From an uncultured Thiobacillus sp. (lineage in GTDB: Bacteria; Pseudomonadota; Gammaproteobacteria; Burkholderiales; Thiobacillaceae): DNA of 64,000 nt. Location of the stretch: assembly GCA_964404175.1 (NCBI GenBank), contig CAYOJA010000001.1, positions 29,506 to 93,505 on the forward strand, read 5' to 3'. The notes beneath the pieces were generated by a model. It did no database searches. It was not told the origin of the DNA and saw only the letters and a list, made by a program, of their open reading frames with translations. This document shows, in pieces, positions 30,942 through 41,238 of the stretch. The translations under genes and the position numbers were made by a program. Positions within the stretch are counted from its first letter, which is position 1, and every line of letters begins with the position of its first letter.

Positions 30942-31949
30942 TCAGAATCCAAAGGCCCCCTGGCAGCAGTCCCGCTTGCGGAAGAGCATGTAAGCAAAAT
31001 CCTCGCCCTTGTATGGGAACTCCTTCCCTGCGCCTGAAATGACCGTTGTGCGTCCCATGGTTGAACAACATTTGCCATCCTCTTTCTTGGTGTTGGGGAT
31101 GGGGTAGGTCATCTGGGTCTTGTAGGCGCGCTTATCCATGAGCGGTATGGGGTAGTAGCCGCACTGCCCCGACGTTCCGTGCGCGCCCCAGACAAGCAAT
31201 TCGCGGTGCATCTTGTTGGTCATGCGCTGGGCAATGAGTGTCGAGGCCTGCACGGCGCCGACATGGTTGCCCACCCAACCATTGAGCGGGTACATGGATC
31301 CCTGGCAGCCCGCGCACCAGAAAAGCTCGTTCAGGGGAAAGCCCGCCGTGGCAGCCACGCAATCCGCGGCGCACGCACCCTGAGCCAGCGGATTGGCAAA
31401 CAGCACTGCATCAGGATTGAGGATGAAGGTCAGCTCCGAATCCGACCACAGCGGATCAAGCTCGGTGAAATACGCCAGGTCGAAAACATTCTGTTCCAGG
31501 CACGGGTTATCGACGATGACTTCCAGCCAGAACATCAGGGGACTGATGTACCAGTGAGCCTGGTAGAACGATTTACCCCCACGCGCTTGAACATGCGCTG
31601 GCGCCGGCACGCCGGGATCAATGGTGATCCCGCCAAGGGAGGGGAAGCAGTAGGGTTTGCGCACCACCTCGACCAGCCGCGCCGGTTCGTAAAAACTGAT
31701 GCTCAAACCCACCTTGGGCGGACTTGAGCATGCGCACAGCGGGTTGCTCACACCGCTATCAAAATCCTCCTGACCAAAATCCATGATCGTGGTGCCGCCG
31801 ACCTTGAGCGGAAACGCGCACGACCAGCAAATATCCGTGATCGGATTCATGAACTTGCCGGTGCAAGTGGTCGTTGCCGCCCATGAGCTGGGCGAAACCG
31901 CAAAGGCAAGCACCAGAACAGCACGAAGGTTCCGGAGCAGCCAGCCCAT
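30942..31949 (-). CDS. traU: TraU
   Basis: NPITDICWSCAFP, YEPARLVEVV, TELDPLW, CAGCQGSMYPLNG. Confidence 0.95.
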   Translation of the reverse strand: MGWLLRNLRAVLVLAFAVSPSSWAATTTCTGKFMNPITDICWSCAFPLKVGGTTIMDFGQEDFDSGVSNPLCACSSPPKVGLSISFYEPARLVEVVRKPYCFPSLGGITIDPGVPAPAHVQARGGKSFYQAHWYISPLMFWLEVIVDNPCLEQNVFDLAYFTELDPLWSDSELTFILNPDAVLFANPLAQGACAADCVAATAGFPLNELFWCAGCQGSMYPLNGWVGNHVGAVQASTLIAQRMTNKMHRELLVWGAHGTSGQCGYYPIPLMDKRAYKTQMTYPIPNTKKEDGKCCSTMGRTTVISGAGKEFPYKGEDFAYMLFRKRDCCQGAFGF

Positions 31950-32130
31950 CACTTGAACCATCCCAGCATGCCCACGGGCTTCTTTGTCGGCTTGATGATC
32001 AGGGTTTTGCGGCCGGCTGCCGTCCCAAGCCTCGATCCTGGTGCTGCCCCGATGCGGTCTGTGGAATCTGGCCATTCAGCAATTTGCAGAATCAGTCCAG
32101 GACCGGTAATACAGGGAAAAGTATGCACGT

Positions 32131-32754
32131 TCAGTCAGCTTTCATTTCGTCGATGCGCAAGCGCCTTTGCGCTACCTCTTGCGACACCAGCGCAGGAACC
32201 TGCTTGATCCCGAAGCGCCTCACCAGATGCCCGCTCTGGTCGAAGTACACCTGCCTTTTCCACTGACGGGTCAGCGCCAAGGGTTTACCCGCGACCAGAA
32301 TCGGCTTCACCGCTCCTTTGAAGCGCTTGAGAATCTCGGCGGCCTTCTTTACCTGCTTCGGGTCGCTCTGATCGAAAAAAAACAGGTGATTGGAAAGTGG
32401 CACATAGTCGAGCGGATTGACCATGTCACCCGCACGCGCGATGACTTTGCCATCTGGCGTGGTGATGTCGCGCGGGACGCGCCACGATGGATCAAAGTAG
32501 AAGGTGCGCGGCTGGCGCGTCTTAACGATGCCCTTCACTGGGTCCGGCCGCTCGATGCTTTGTTTCGATCGCTCGATGGCTTCTTTCTGAAGTTGGCCGA
32601 GACGACCGTTTTTTTCCATGGACTTGAGCTTGTCCTGTATCGCTTCAAGCATGTCCGGTTCGGTGATGGGATAGGACGGCCCCAAGATCTCCTGAGCCCA
32701 GGCCGGATACATGATCAACCCACACAGAATCATCGCCAGAGCCTTCTTGATCAT
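32131..32754 (-). CDS. traW: TraW
   Basis: GPSYPITEPDML, FYFDPS, VNPLDYV, VYFDQSG..FGIKQVPALV. Confidence 0.93.
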   Translation of the reverse strand: MIKKALAMILCGLIMYPAWAQEILGPSYPITEPDMLEAIQDKLKSMEKNGRLGQLQKEAIERSKQSIERPDPVKGIVKTRQPRTFYFDPSWRVPRDITTPDGKVIARAGDMVNPLDYVPLSNHLFFFDQSDPKQVKKAAEILKRFKGAVKPILVAGKPLALTRQWKRQVYFDQSGHLVRRFGIKQVPALVSQEVAQRRLRIDEMKAD

Positions 32755-32755
32755 G

Positions 32756-33301
32756 TCAAAACAGTGGGATCGCGCGCCCGGAGACACGCTCAAGCGGAAT
32801 CCAGCCCGTCAGCGCAAAGCGCGAATCCAACGAATCCTTGTGGGGTGCGTAAACATAGAAATGGTTGGCCGGAATCACGCCGGTCGGGCCAAGCGCCAAC
32901 GGTTCGCCTGTCCGGGTGCGCGGCTTGGCCGTGCTCATGTACTCGCCGTTCACGTAGAAATCCCGACCCTCTGTGGTCACTGTGTCGCCCTGCATGCCAC
33001 GCACCTGTTTCACGAACGAAAGTCCGGCCTTGTACGGCCCACCGCCCGCCCAGCGCCAGGCAATGTAATCGCCGCGCTTGATATTCAGGTCGCCTTTGAT
33101 CACCACAAACACCCGGTACGGCAGGCTTTCCGTGACCGTAATCGCCAACGTGAAGAACGCATTGAAGAGTAGGATGGCGCCCACCAACCCGCCCCAAAAC
33201 ATCCAGTTGCGGCGGAGATGGGGAATCATCTCGGTATGCCAGTAAACCAGCCAACGATTCCATAAGTTGCCCGCGCCTGGGGCGACTACGGTCTTCATCA
33301 T
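32756..33301 (-). CDS. trhF: Conjugative S26 signal peptidase (TrhF-type)
   Basis: TESLP, FVKQVRG, SLDSRF..GWI. Confidence 0.88.
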   Translation of the reverse strand: MMKTVVAPGAGNLWNRWLVYWHTEMIPHLRRNWMFWGGLVGAILLFNAFFTLAITVTESLPYRVFVVIKGDLNIKRGDYIAWRWAGGGPYKAGLSFVKQVRGMQGDTVTTEGRDFYVNGEYMSTAKPRTRTGEPLALGPTGVIPANHFYVYAPHKDSLDSRFALTGWIPLERVSGRAIPLF

Positions 33302-33780
33302 GGTTTCACTCCGCCGCCTTGAGCCTCAGTACCCGGCGACATACCGAGCATCGCTTTCAAACGCGGCGTCAGATCCTCGGCCGGCCCCGCGATCACCGCC
33401 GACTTCACCACGATGGTGCAGCCGCATTCCTTCTCCAACCTGTCCACTGCGTGTTCGATCGCAGGGCCGATCCGGCTGACCATCAGATAAGCAGCCTTCC
33501 GGTCCTCGTCGCTGACATTCGGCCGGGAGAGCAAAGTGGTGAATTCGGTTTCCTTGATTTTGACGATACTGGCGAGGTCTACCACCGCGAATCCAGCGGT
33601 CGGTTTCGCTAGCCAGAAGTGGTATGCCGCAAGCGTCACTGTTGAGACGAGCAATGCCATCAACAACGAAATCCAGCTCACCATAAGAAAATCACCCCCC
33701 ATCTCAGGCTGAGCCCCGGCCAGATCTTCCGTAGCCGGAACTTCTGCAGAATTACTCTCGGCCCTTGTTATCTCGGTCAT
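33298..33780 (-). CDS. trbI: TrbI-like protein
   Basis: Single TM, VVDL, AVIAG..DLT; position after traC. Confidence 0.6.
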   Translation of the reverse strand: MTEITRAESNSAEVPATEDLAGAQPEMGGDFLMVSWISLLMALLVSTVTLAAYHFWLAKPTAGFAVVDLASIVKIKETEFTTLLSRPNVSDEDRKAAYLMVSRIGPAIEHAVDRLEKECGCTIVVKSAVIAGPAEDLTPRLKAMLGMSPGTEAQGGGVKP

Positions 33781-36353
33781 ATCGCCGCCTTCCGTTCCCG
33801 CAGCACGGCATCGACCGCATCAGCCATGGACAAGCCAGTTTCAAGCTTCTGCCGTACCGCTGAAAAATCGCGTGCATTGGCCGATCCCATGAGTTGGGAG
33901 TAGGGGTCAAGCAGGAGCATCCCGACCCCGTAACCAGCCTGGCCACAGGAGACGAACACTTCCGAATAGTTGCCCTGTTCAGTACGCAAGCTGCTAACTA
34001 GGTGAGCCATGTGCGGCGTGAAGGCCAGCTTCTCTTCGAGCTTGGCAATGGATTCCTGCTTCTGCCGGAGCATGAACAGCCAGTCAGCGTTTTCCAGTGC
34101 GGCCTGCGAGGCTGCGCTACGGTAGTAGTCGTTGATGCCCTGTGTGCCCGTCAGGAAGGCACCGCCGTATTTCCGGGCGCGGCGGTAGCCCGCCTCGATG
34201 AAGTCACCCGTCTGCCCGCCCGTGAGCAGATCCCAGGCTTCATCCAGGATCACCACTTTGGGCTGTTCACGCGGCGCCAGGTACATTTCCTGGGTGATGC
34301 GATACATCAGGATGAATAGGGCGACCGCCTGCAGGTCTTTCTTCGATTTCAATTCCTCCAGCTCCAGGACCACCAGATTGGAATTGAAATTGACCGTGTG
34401 CTGACCTTCAAAGTAATGGCCGTAGCTGCCCAGCGAGGTGTAGGAAGTCAGTTGCACCGCCAGATCGCGGATGCGCGGATCGCAGGCCTCTTCCTCGCCA
34501 TGCTCAAGCGTGCCGCCATCGTGACAGGCGAGCTTCAGCTTCTCCGCCAGAAGGTCGATACTCGATCGCGGCCCGCGCTCTTCCCAAAGACCTCGAATCG
34601 CCAGTTCGAGCTGGGACAGTTCGTAATCTGACAGTCGGCGTCCAGGGGAGATCATCTGGGCGATCAACGGCTTCAACATTTCCATGTCTTCGTCGATGTC
34701 GTTCACCATGGTGAACGGATTGAGGACAACATTCGCTTCCTTGGTGAACTCGATGTATTGACCCCCGAGCGCGTGGCAAAGCTTCTCGTAGGAACGGCCC
34801 ACGTCGATAATCCAGACCTTCGCCCCCATCGCCAGATAGCGTTCGGCAAGCTCGTTCAGGAATGCGGATTTGCCAGACCCGGACGTTCCCACCACGCAAC
34901 CGTTGTAGTTGCCAGACGGGTTGTCGAACAGATTCACGCCTATGGTCTGGCCATTACGCCCAGTGAAGGTCAGCACCGGAGCCCCGACACCACGCCATTC
35001 ACCCAGAACAGGCGACAGATTGGCCGCGTTGGCGGTCGTTTTGGTGGAAAACCGCTGCGCGATCTTGATGTCGCGTTGCAGGGTGGGCCCGAGTGCCATC
35101 GGCAGCGAGGACATCAGCGCCTGGGTCTGCATATAGGTGTCAGGGCTCAATGCGAAGCCCATGCTGCGCCAGATGGCTCTGGCCGCTTCATCCGCCTCGG
35201 CTACGGCATCCGGGCTGGGGAAAAGCAGCACCTGATGGTAAAGACGCAATGCACCTCCCCCCTCGTCGTAGGCGTTCTGCAACAATTTCCAGTCCGCAGC
35301 TCGCTTACTCACGTCCGGCAGCGCTTTCCCCATCGGGCTTTCCGAAACCTGAATCGCCCGAGCCGTTTTCATTTGCGTAAGATTCTTGTGCTCGTCGTAA
35401 TTCAGAATCTGCGCCCCCATGGTGATGAGGAAGGGGCAGGGGTAGCCCATGGATCCCTTATTGGCGTCTCCCAGCATGCTGGCGACTTGATGCAGATCGA
35501 ACTGCTTCGGATAACCTTGCGCCGAATGCGCACGCACGCAGACCGCAACCCCGTCTGGCGAGCGCAGGGTGGTGCCGAGCCTGCCCACCGATGCCACGGT
35601 GTCACGGGTAATCATCTGGTAGCGCAATGGCTGTCCGTCGTCATAGCAGACCGGATCGGCTGAATGTTGTGCGGGATTCAACATGGTGCGCACCCAGGAC
35701 ATGAGATCTTCCGCCTCCCAGACCCGCTCGAACTGGTAATACGTCTTGAGTTTGGATACCTGGGCATCGCGCAGGGCGATGATGCGTTCCAGGGTTCGGT
35801 ATTCCACATCCTTCACCGGCATCGCGACAGACAGCAGCACCCGGTAGCGACGCATCACGCTGGGGCGCAAGCTGACGGGCGGAACGAGGGATGCCTTCCT
35901 GTAATGGGCGTAACGCTCGGCCGTCATGCGCGCGATCAATGACCGCTGGGCGTCGTCCTGTAGCAATTCGGGGCGCACCATCTTCTTAAAATCGTTCAGG
36001 AAGGCATCAATGTCCGGGCTCCCCCACAACTGAACCTGCACCCCGGCTCCGGCTGGCATGTCCCGGTAGATTTCCTGAATCAAGCGCGCCATGTCGTCTG
36101 TAGCGCCTGTCTGCGGGTTCATTTCGATGGCGTAGCCAATTGCCTCGATGCTGCCTTCTGCCTCGCCCTCAATGGCGAATAATTTCTCGGTCTCCCAATA
36201 CCCCGTCCAGGGCAAGAGATCAGAGAAGCGGTTGTAGTCCTGCCGCGTGGTGAAGTGGTTCTCGTCCGCCACGGGGGATGGCGTCGCAAGTTCGTCCTCG
36301 CGCGTCAGCCACGTTTTGAGCGAAACAAATGGTTGCGCCAGCGCGGACATCAT
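33777..36353 (-). CDS. traC: VirB4-family ATPase TraC
   Basis: GTSGSGKS, IDVGRSY, ILDEAW, RRARKYGG. Confidence 0.96.
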   Translation of the reverse strand: MMSALAQPFVSLKTWLTREDELATPSPVADENHFTTRQDYNRFSDLLPWTGYWETEKLFAIEGEAEGSIEAIGYAIEMNPQTGATDDMARLIQEIYRDMPAGAGVQVQLWGSPDIDAFLNDFKKMVRPELLQDDAQRSLIARMTAERYAHYRKASLVPPVSLRPSVMRRYRVLLSVAMPVKDVEYRTLERIIALRDAQVSKLKTYYQFERVWEAEDLMSWVRTMLNPAQHSADPVCYDDGQPLRYQMITRDTVASVGRLGTTLRSPDGVAVCVRAHSAQGYPKQFDLHQVASMLGDANKGSMGYPCPFLITMGAQILNYDEHKNLTQMKTARAIQVSESPMGKALPDVSKRAADWKLLQNAYDEGGGALRLYHQVLLFPSPDAVAEADEAARAIWRSMGFALSPDTYMQTQALMSSLPMALGPTLQRDIKIAQRFSTKTTANAANLSPVLGEWRGVGAPVLTFTGRNGQTIGVNLFDNPSGNYNGCVVGTSGSGKSAFLNELAERYLAMGAKVWIIDVGRSYEKLCHALGGQYIEFTKEANVVLNPFTMVNDIDEDMEMLKPLIAQMISPGRRLSDYELSQLELAIRGLWEERGPRSSIDLLAEKLKLACHDGGTLEHGEEEACDPRIRDLAVQLTSYTSLGSYGHYFEGQHTVNFNSNLVVLELEELKSKKDLQAVALFILMYRITQEMYLAPREQPKVVILDEAWDLLTGGQTGDFIEAGYRRARKYGGAFLTGTQGINDYYRSAASQAALENADWLFMLRQKQESIAKLEEKLAFTPHMAHLVSSLRTEQGNYSEVFVSCGQAGYGVGMLLLDPYSQLMGSANARDFSAVRQKLETGLSMADAVDAVLRERKAAI

Positions 36354-36910
36354 GGATTGCCGGCCCTCTGACCCGATATGCCGGGCATCGCGTCATCTGC
36401 AACCGGACGTTCCTCTTCGGGCTTATCCTTACCCCTGAGCGGGAACACCGGCTTGTACGCGTCACGAATCTGCTGCTGGTTGGTTTCGATCAACCACTTA
36501 CCCTGGTGGACCACGGTGTAGAGATAGTGCTGATCGTGCAGATCACCATCCGTATCCTCCCAAGGAGCGATCCATACCCGCAGCACCAACGGCGCCATGC
36601 GAATCGGATCGCCGCTGTTCGGCGTCGCCAGGTCGCGTGGGGAGAAATAGCCAGGAGGCGGCATCGTCTCGCCATCCTTTGAATCCTTGCTGCCAGCATC
36701 CTGCGAAGGTTTATCCTGGGGTTTCGGTTGTTGCTGCCCCGGCAAGGCCTCGGCCAGGGAGTTCGCGTAAATGCCGGAAACCGACGTGCAGATCACCCCA
36801 TCGGGGGCCTTGCAAGCCAGTTCCGATTTCGAGCCAGAGAGTCCGGAGAATGAAGAACAACCCGCGCTCATCAAGGTCACGGCGGCGAGCGACAGATACC
36901 CGACCTTCAT
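36350..36910 (-). CDS. traV: Lipoprotein TraV
   Basis: SAGC lipobox, CKAPDGVICTSV, LRVWIAPWEDTDGDLH. Confidence 0.92.
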   Translation of the reverse strand: MKVGYLSLAAVTLMSAGCSSFSGLSGSKSELACKAPDGVICTSVSGIYANSLAEALPGQQQPKPQDKPSQDAGSKDSKDGETMPPPGYFSPRDLATPNSGDPIRMAPLVLRVWIAPWEDTDGDLHDQHYLYTVVHQGKWLIETNQQQIRDAYKPVFPLRGKDKPEEERPVADDAMPGISGQRAGNP

Positions 36911-37776
36911 TGTGTGCCTCCCTGAACATTGGCTGCGACAGGCTTCTTCACGGCATCTAGCCAAGCGGAAATCCGCTCGGCAGCCGCAGCTCCCGGCATG
37001 GTTCGGCCATCACTCGCCACCAGGAAAGGTGTACCGCTAACCCCCAACTTCTCAGCCAGAGGCAGAACCGCTTGATGCGGCGCTTCACAGCCCTTGGTCT
37101 TTTTGGGAACCTTGCCCTCAAGCATCAGGGCGGACCAGGCGGCCGAGCGATCCTTGCTGCACCAGACCGCATCGGCCTTCGCGCGCGAATCAGGATGAAG
37201 CTGCTCCAGTGGCATGAGGAAGGTGTAGACCGTCACGTCATCCACTTTCGCCAGCTCCTGCTCCAGCTTCTTGCAGTACGGACAGTCCGGATCCGAGAAC
37301 ACGGCGAGCGTCCGCCGACCCTGGCCATGCACGCTCTTGATCGCGTGTTGCAGCGGGAGTGAGGCGAAATCGACAGCAGGTGACGCCGGCTGCGCAGCCT
37401 CGGCTCCGGAGGTGATGTCCTCCTGCTTCTCCATGTCGAACATGCGCCCGAAAATGAAATACCGCCCCGACTCTTCCACGAAAGCGACATTGCGGCCCAT
37501 CACGACTTCGTAGATACCCGGCAGCGGGGTGGGGGAAATTGTTCCGAAGCGTGTCTTCGGGTACATCAACCGCAGATTGCGCTGGACTGCGATCTGATCG
37601 TTTGCACGTGCAGCACCACCGGCATCCATCACGGCCGCATCTGCGGCCACAATATTCACGTTTTGAGGCGCCAGAACAGTGTTTCCTTTCACATCCTGAG
37701 CTAGCGCAAATCCCGGCATGCAGGACAGAATCAGCAGTTGGGGCAACAGGGTTTTCATTCTGGTTTGGTGTCTCAT
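36907..37776 (-). CDS. dsbC: DsbC-family disulfide isomerase
   Basis: VFSDPDCPYCKKL, GVSGTP. Confidence 0.92.
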   Translation of the reverse strand: MRHQTRMKTLLPQLLILSCMPGFALAQDVKGNTVLAPQNVNIVAADAAVMDAGGAARANDQIAVQRNLRLMYPKTRFGTISPTPLPGIYEVVMGRNVAFVEESGRYFIFGRMFDMEKQEDITSGAEAAQPASPAVDFASLPLQHAIKSVHGQGRRTLAVFSDPDCPYCKKLEQELAKVDDVTVYTFLMPLEQLHPDSRAKADAVWCSKDRSAAWSALMLEGKVPKKTKGCEAPHQAVLPLAEKLGVSGTPFLVASDGRTMPGAAAAERISAWLDAVKKPVAANVQGGTQ

Positions 37777-37781
37777 GTTCT

Positions 37782-39041
37782 TTACCTTCTCTCGATGCTC
37801 TGGCCGCGCGTCAGCACCACGTCGACCACGCGGCCGCCGTCCACTTCAATCACCGGAAAAACCTGTTCGGCCAGCTTGATGTAATACTTCGAGAGCTGTG
37901 ACATCGCGCTTCCAACGCCGGATGCCAGTCCAGCCTGCAACTCCTTGCCGTCAGTCACCGTGCTGGTGGAACCCAGCGGTGAGGTAGATACAGTGCTCGA
38001 AGATTCCTTGAACGCTTGCCCGATGCCTGAGCCAATCCCCGCGAGGAAGGCATTCGCCAGCGCCTGACCCTGCTTGGAAACCAGTCTTCCGCGCATCCCG
38101 GCCTTGCCATCCTCACCGGCTACATACCCTTTAAGCGATACGTCGACCGCCCCACCTTTCTGGTCGATGCACGACAGCCGATCCGTCCTGATATAAGCAC
38201 GCTCAGAAGATATGTCGCCGTAGCCATTGGCCGTGACCACGCAATCCTTCATGTCGGCCATGTAGCGATTGGGCAACTGGGCTGGATCAAGCACCCGCAT
38301 CAAAATCGGATGCGGATTGTTTTGTGCCTGTCCACCCGTCGGCGCATCCAGACCCGCCAGTAACACCACGCGCATGAACGTCCCGGCAGGAAGATAGTTC
38401 TCAGCCGATGTCTTCTCTTCCTTGGATGGGGCGGACGACATGCCGGCGGCTTGTGGCTGCGCCTGCGGGGCTGCAGGCGCAGCCACCGTCGAATCGGAAA
38501 CTTCGAGCGTGAACGCGCGCTTCACCACGGGCTGCATCGGCGCATTCGGATCCATGCCAGACTGTGCGAACTGCCCAGGCCTTCCAGGAGGCGGTGGGGG
38601 AGGGGGCGGCAATGCCGCTGAACCCATGGGTTGCAGCGGGCGTAAATTGCCTCCGGGCTGAATTACCGCTGCCGGGGGAGGCATCGGCACTTCGTTGATT
38701 CCCGCTCCGGCGGTGCCTTGCATGGCTCCGCCACTACTTTGTGGGCTATTCACCATGTTCTGCTTGATCGCGGCGATTTCCTTGTTCAGCGCCTCGATCT
38801 TTGATGCTTCGTTCGCCCGCCAAACATCCTTGTCGTTCAGTTGCTGACCCGGAACAGCCAAGTTGAGGCTGACCTGCTCCGGCTTGTCCACAGGAGCCTG
38901 ATCGGATTTATTGCTCCCGGAGTCGGCGAACCATGCCGCAGCCAAGGCCACCCCGACAATCATGGCGCCGACGCCGCCCGCCATCATGAGTTGCTTCTTG
39001 CGGGCGGGCGAAGCCTTGAGGGTGGGTATGATTCTCGCCAT
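37782..39041 (-). CDS. traB: TraB (VirB10-like)
   Basis: Pro-rich linker, GLDAPT, GDISSERAYIR, GKAGMRG. Confidence 0.93.
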   Translation of the reverse strand: MARIIPTLKASPARKKQLMMAGGVGAMIVGVALAAAWFADSGSNKSDQAPVDKPEQVSLNLAVPGQQLNDKDVWRANEASKIEALNKEIAAIKQNMVNSPQSSGGAMQGTAGAGINEVPMPPPAAVIQPGGNLRPLQPMGSAALPPPPPPPPGRPGQFAQSGMDPNAPMQPVVKRAFTLEVSDSTVAAPAAPQAQPQAAGMSSAPSKEEKTSAENYLPAGTFMRVVLLAGLDAPTGGQAQNNPHPILMRVLDPAQLPNRYMADMKDCVVTANGYGDISSERAYIRTDRLSCIDQKGGAVDVSLKGYVAGEDGKAGMRGRLVSKQGQALANAFLAGIGSGIGQAFKESSSTVSTSPLGSTSTVTDGKELQAGLASGVGSAMSQLSKYYIKLAEQVFPVIEVDGGRVVDVVLTRGQSIERR

Positions 39042-39766
39042 TACCTCACCCCTTCGTTCCGTTTCACCACAAAGACCTGGGTGCTGCGACCCGGCTCAAC
39101 GGTCAAGTCGCGCACCGACACAGCCAGTACGCCTTTTTTGTAGAACTCCTGTTCGGCGACCCGAACCGGGGCGTCGCCGACGTTGAACAGGCGATACTGT
39201 TCACCCACCAGTGAATGTCCGGTTAGAACATGCTCCAGCGCAAAACGGGAGCCTTCCCAGAGGCGGATTTCCTCCCAGGTTTTCTTCACCTCCAGACCCT
39301 CCGGCAAACCTTCGCCTGCCAATGCCTGAATCATTTTCTTGATCGCCTGCTGGTAACTGGCGGCACGTTCAATCTCGCCAGGCTTGGCTGCAACAGAAGC
39401 AGGGACGGCCGCTTCCTTGATCACGATGGTTTCCCCTGGGATATCCTGGGGCTGCAACACCAGCGTGTAGGTTCTCCCGCTTTGGCTGAACACAAACACT
39501 CCGAACGGATCCTTGGCCAATGGCTGAATCAGGGCCTGCCCGGTGGTGGCGTCCGCACTGCCAGTGAGCATTCCGTCGTCGGCGGACTTGACCAGGCGAA
39601 CCCGGCCTCCCTCGATCGAGATGCGGTTCAAGTCTCTCAGACTCACCTTGACGAACAGGGTCTTGCCCTCGACGCCTTCCACTACCTGCAGAGCATGAGA
39701 GGATGGGACGGCAAATAAGCAAAAAAGGCTAAGGAGCAGTGATTTCTTCAAACGGTCGGGCAGCAT
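39041..39766 (-). CDS. traK: TraK secretin-like protein
   Basis: DLNRISIEGG, GRTYTLVL, EQEFY..VLAV. Confidence 0.88.
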   Translation of the reverse strand: MLPDRLKKSLLLSLFCLFAVPSSHALQVVEGVEGKTLFVKVSLRDLNRISIEGGRVRLVKSADDGMLTGSADATTGQALIQPLAKDPFGVFVFSQSGRTYTLVLQPQDIPGETIVIKEAAVPASVAAKPGEIERAASYQQAIKKMIQALAGEGLPEGLEVKKTWEEIRLWEGSRFALEHVLTGHSLVGEQYRLFNVGDAPVRVAEQEFYKKGVLAVSVRDLTVEPGRSTQVFVVKRNEGVR

Positions 39767-40319
39767 TCTTACCTTCTCTCATACCGGTCAGCAGCACACG
39801 GCCGCCGCGTTGGGCAAACTGAAATACGTAGGTTTTGTTCACCTGTGATGTTCTGCTGTCTCCCAGATAGGTGTTGAGCACACCCTGAACAGCGATACGT
39901 TGTTTTGCCTCGTCCGGCATGACCATCGCGATCGCCATGAAAGTGCTGGCGTTATCTGCCTTGATCTTTTGGGCATAAGCGCCGGCTTCGATTTCTAGCT
40001 TCCCGTAGAAGCGGGGGTCGATATAGGACTTGAGTGTGCGGTGATTAAAGTCCACGTTCTGTGGCGTCACATCGAAATAGAGCTGGGCCAGAAACACGCC
40101 CATCTCGATCAGATATTCTTTGGAAACCTTGTCATCCTCGACCCAGAATGTTGCGTGGATCGTCGGTGGAACCAGTGTTTCTCGATGTGTGTCGCCTCGC
40201 GTCAGGAAGGCGATCAACATCAAAAGCAATGCGATCTGCGACAGGGCGAACATCATCACAGCCCATCTGCGCACACCGAGAGTGACGGCCACTTGGCCGC
40301 TCAGTTTGTCTATTCTCAT
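39729..40319 (-). CDS. traE: TraE
   Basis: TLVPPTI..FWV, YL.EMG, DVTPQNV; start reset to 40319. Confidence 0.88.
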   Translation of the reverse strand: MRIDKLSGQVAVTLGVRRWAVMMFALSQIALLLMLIAFLTRGDTHRETLVPPTIHATFWVEDDKVSKEYLIEMGVFLAQLYFDVTPQNVDFNHRTLKSYIDPRFYGKLEIEAGAYAQKIKADNASTFMAIAMVMPDEAKQRIAVQGVLNTYLGDSRTSQVNKTYVFQFAQRGGRVLLTGMREGKNAARPFEEITAP

Positions 40320-40609
40320 CAGCCGATGAACTCTCGTATGCTCGAAGGCGGTGTTGCCTTCATTCCCAGATTGACGGGTAGATGCCAATACAGCAGGTGC
40401 ATGCCATAAGCTCTGTGCTGGCCGAATTTGGCTTTGCGGTAAAGCCAGGCCATCACCAACCCAAACACCGTGAAGCTCACGAGCCAGCCTGTAATGAGAC
40501 CGAATACGAAGAAGGACATGAACAGCATGGCCACGTCGAAATCCCACCACATGAACTTGGGAGGGTCGTCCAGGCGGGTCGGGATCGTTGGCGAATCTTG
40601 ATTGACCAT
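40319..40609 (-). CDS. traL: TraL
   Basis: IPTRLDDPPKFMWW, LLYWHLP. Confidence 0.92.
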   Translation of the reverse strand: MVNQDSPTIPTRLDDPPKFMWWDFDVAMLFMSFFVFGLITGWLVSFTVFGLVMAWLYRKAKFGQHRAYGMHLLYWHLPVNLGMKATPPSSIREFIG

Positions 40610-40634
40610 GCTGTTCAGTCCGGTGATGCTTCGC

Positions 40635-40952
40635 TTAAATCACAGCGGCGAACATGCCGTTGATGATCGTCGGGCCAAGGCCGAACACGATGGCGAAGAC
40701 GATGCCAACCAGCGCCGGCATGGCGGTAGACTTGGCGAAGCCAATGAGTGCACCGACAACGAACGCGGCGATCGCCAGCGCTTTGCCCAGATAGCCTTCG
40801 GCCCAACCCACCAGCATGTCGAACAGGGCTTGGAATTCTGTACCGGTCACACCACCGCCGGCGGTGGTGGCCCATGCCGAGCTGATCATCAGAGCGGAAA
40901 GAAGCCCACCGACAACGACCTGTTTTTTGCTGAACATTTTCATGAAATTCAT
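40635..40952 (-). CDS. traA: F-type pilin TraA
   Basis: Long leader, GTEFQALFDML..W, two hydrophobic segments. Confidence 0.85.
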   Translation of the reverse strand: MNFMKMFSKKQVVVGGLLSALMISSAWATTAGGGVTGTEFQALFDMLVGWAEGYLGKALAIAAFVVGALIGFAKSTAMPALVGIVFAIVFGLGPTIINGMFAAVI

Positions 40953-40989
40953 TTGATTCTCCTTGAGCGTGTGTATCGAAAGATTGGTT

Positions 40990-41235
40990 TCATGGTCCCG
41001 GTGTCTCAGCAGTCTCAAGGTCTCGCATCACGATGTGGCGCACCAAATCCAGCATGGCTTGCCTCGCTGTACCATCGTTCAGACAGTATTCAATGGCGGC
41101 TGTGGCCAGCCGCCTTTCCAAGAAAAGGTTCCTGTTGGGAAGGGCTCTCCCAAGCTCCTGCAGCTTGAGTTTGGTTTCCTCGCGCACAAGGACGGCCTTG
41201 TATCCCGGTTCGGTAGTGTTTTTTGTCATTCCCAA
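40990..41235 (-). CDS. Small hypothetical, ribbon-helix-helix-like
   Basis: YKAVLVREETKLKLQELG strand-helix pattern. Confidence 0.45.
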   Translation of the reverse strand: MGMTKNTTEPGYKAVLVREETKLKLQELGRALPNRNLFLERRLATAAIEYCLNDGTARQAMLDLVRHIVMRDLETAETPGP

Positions 41236-41238
41236 TCC

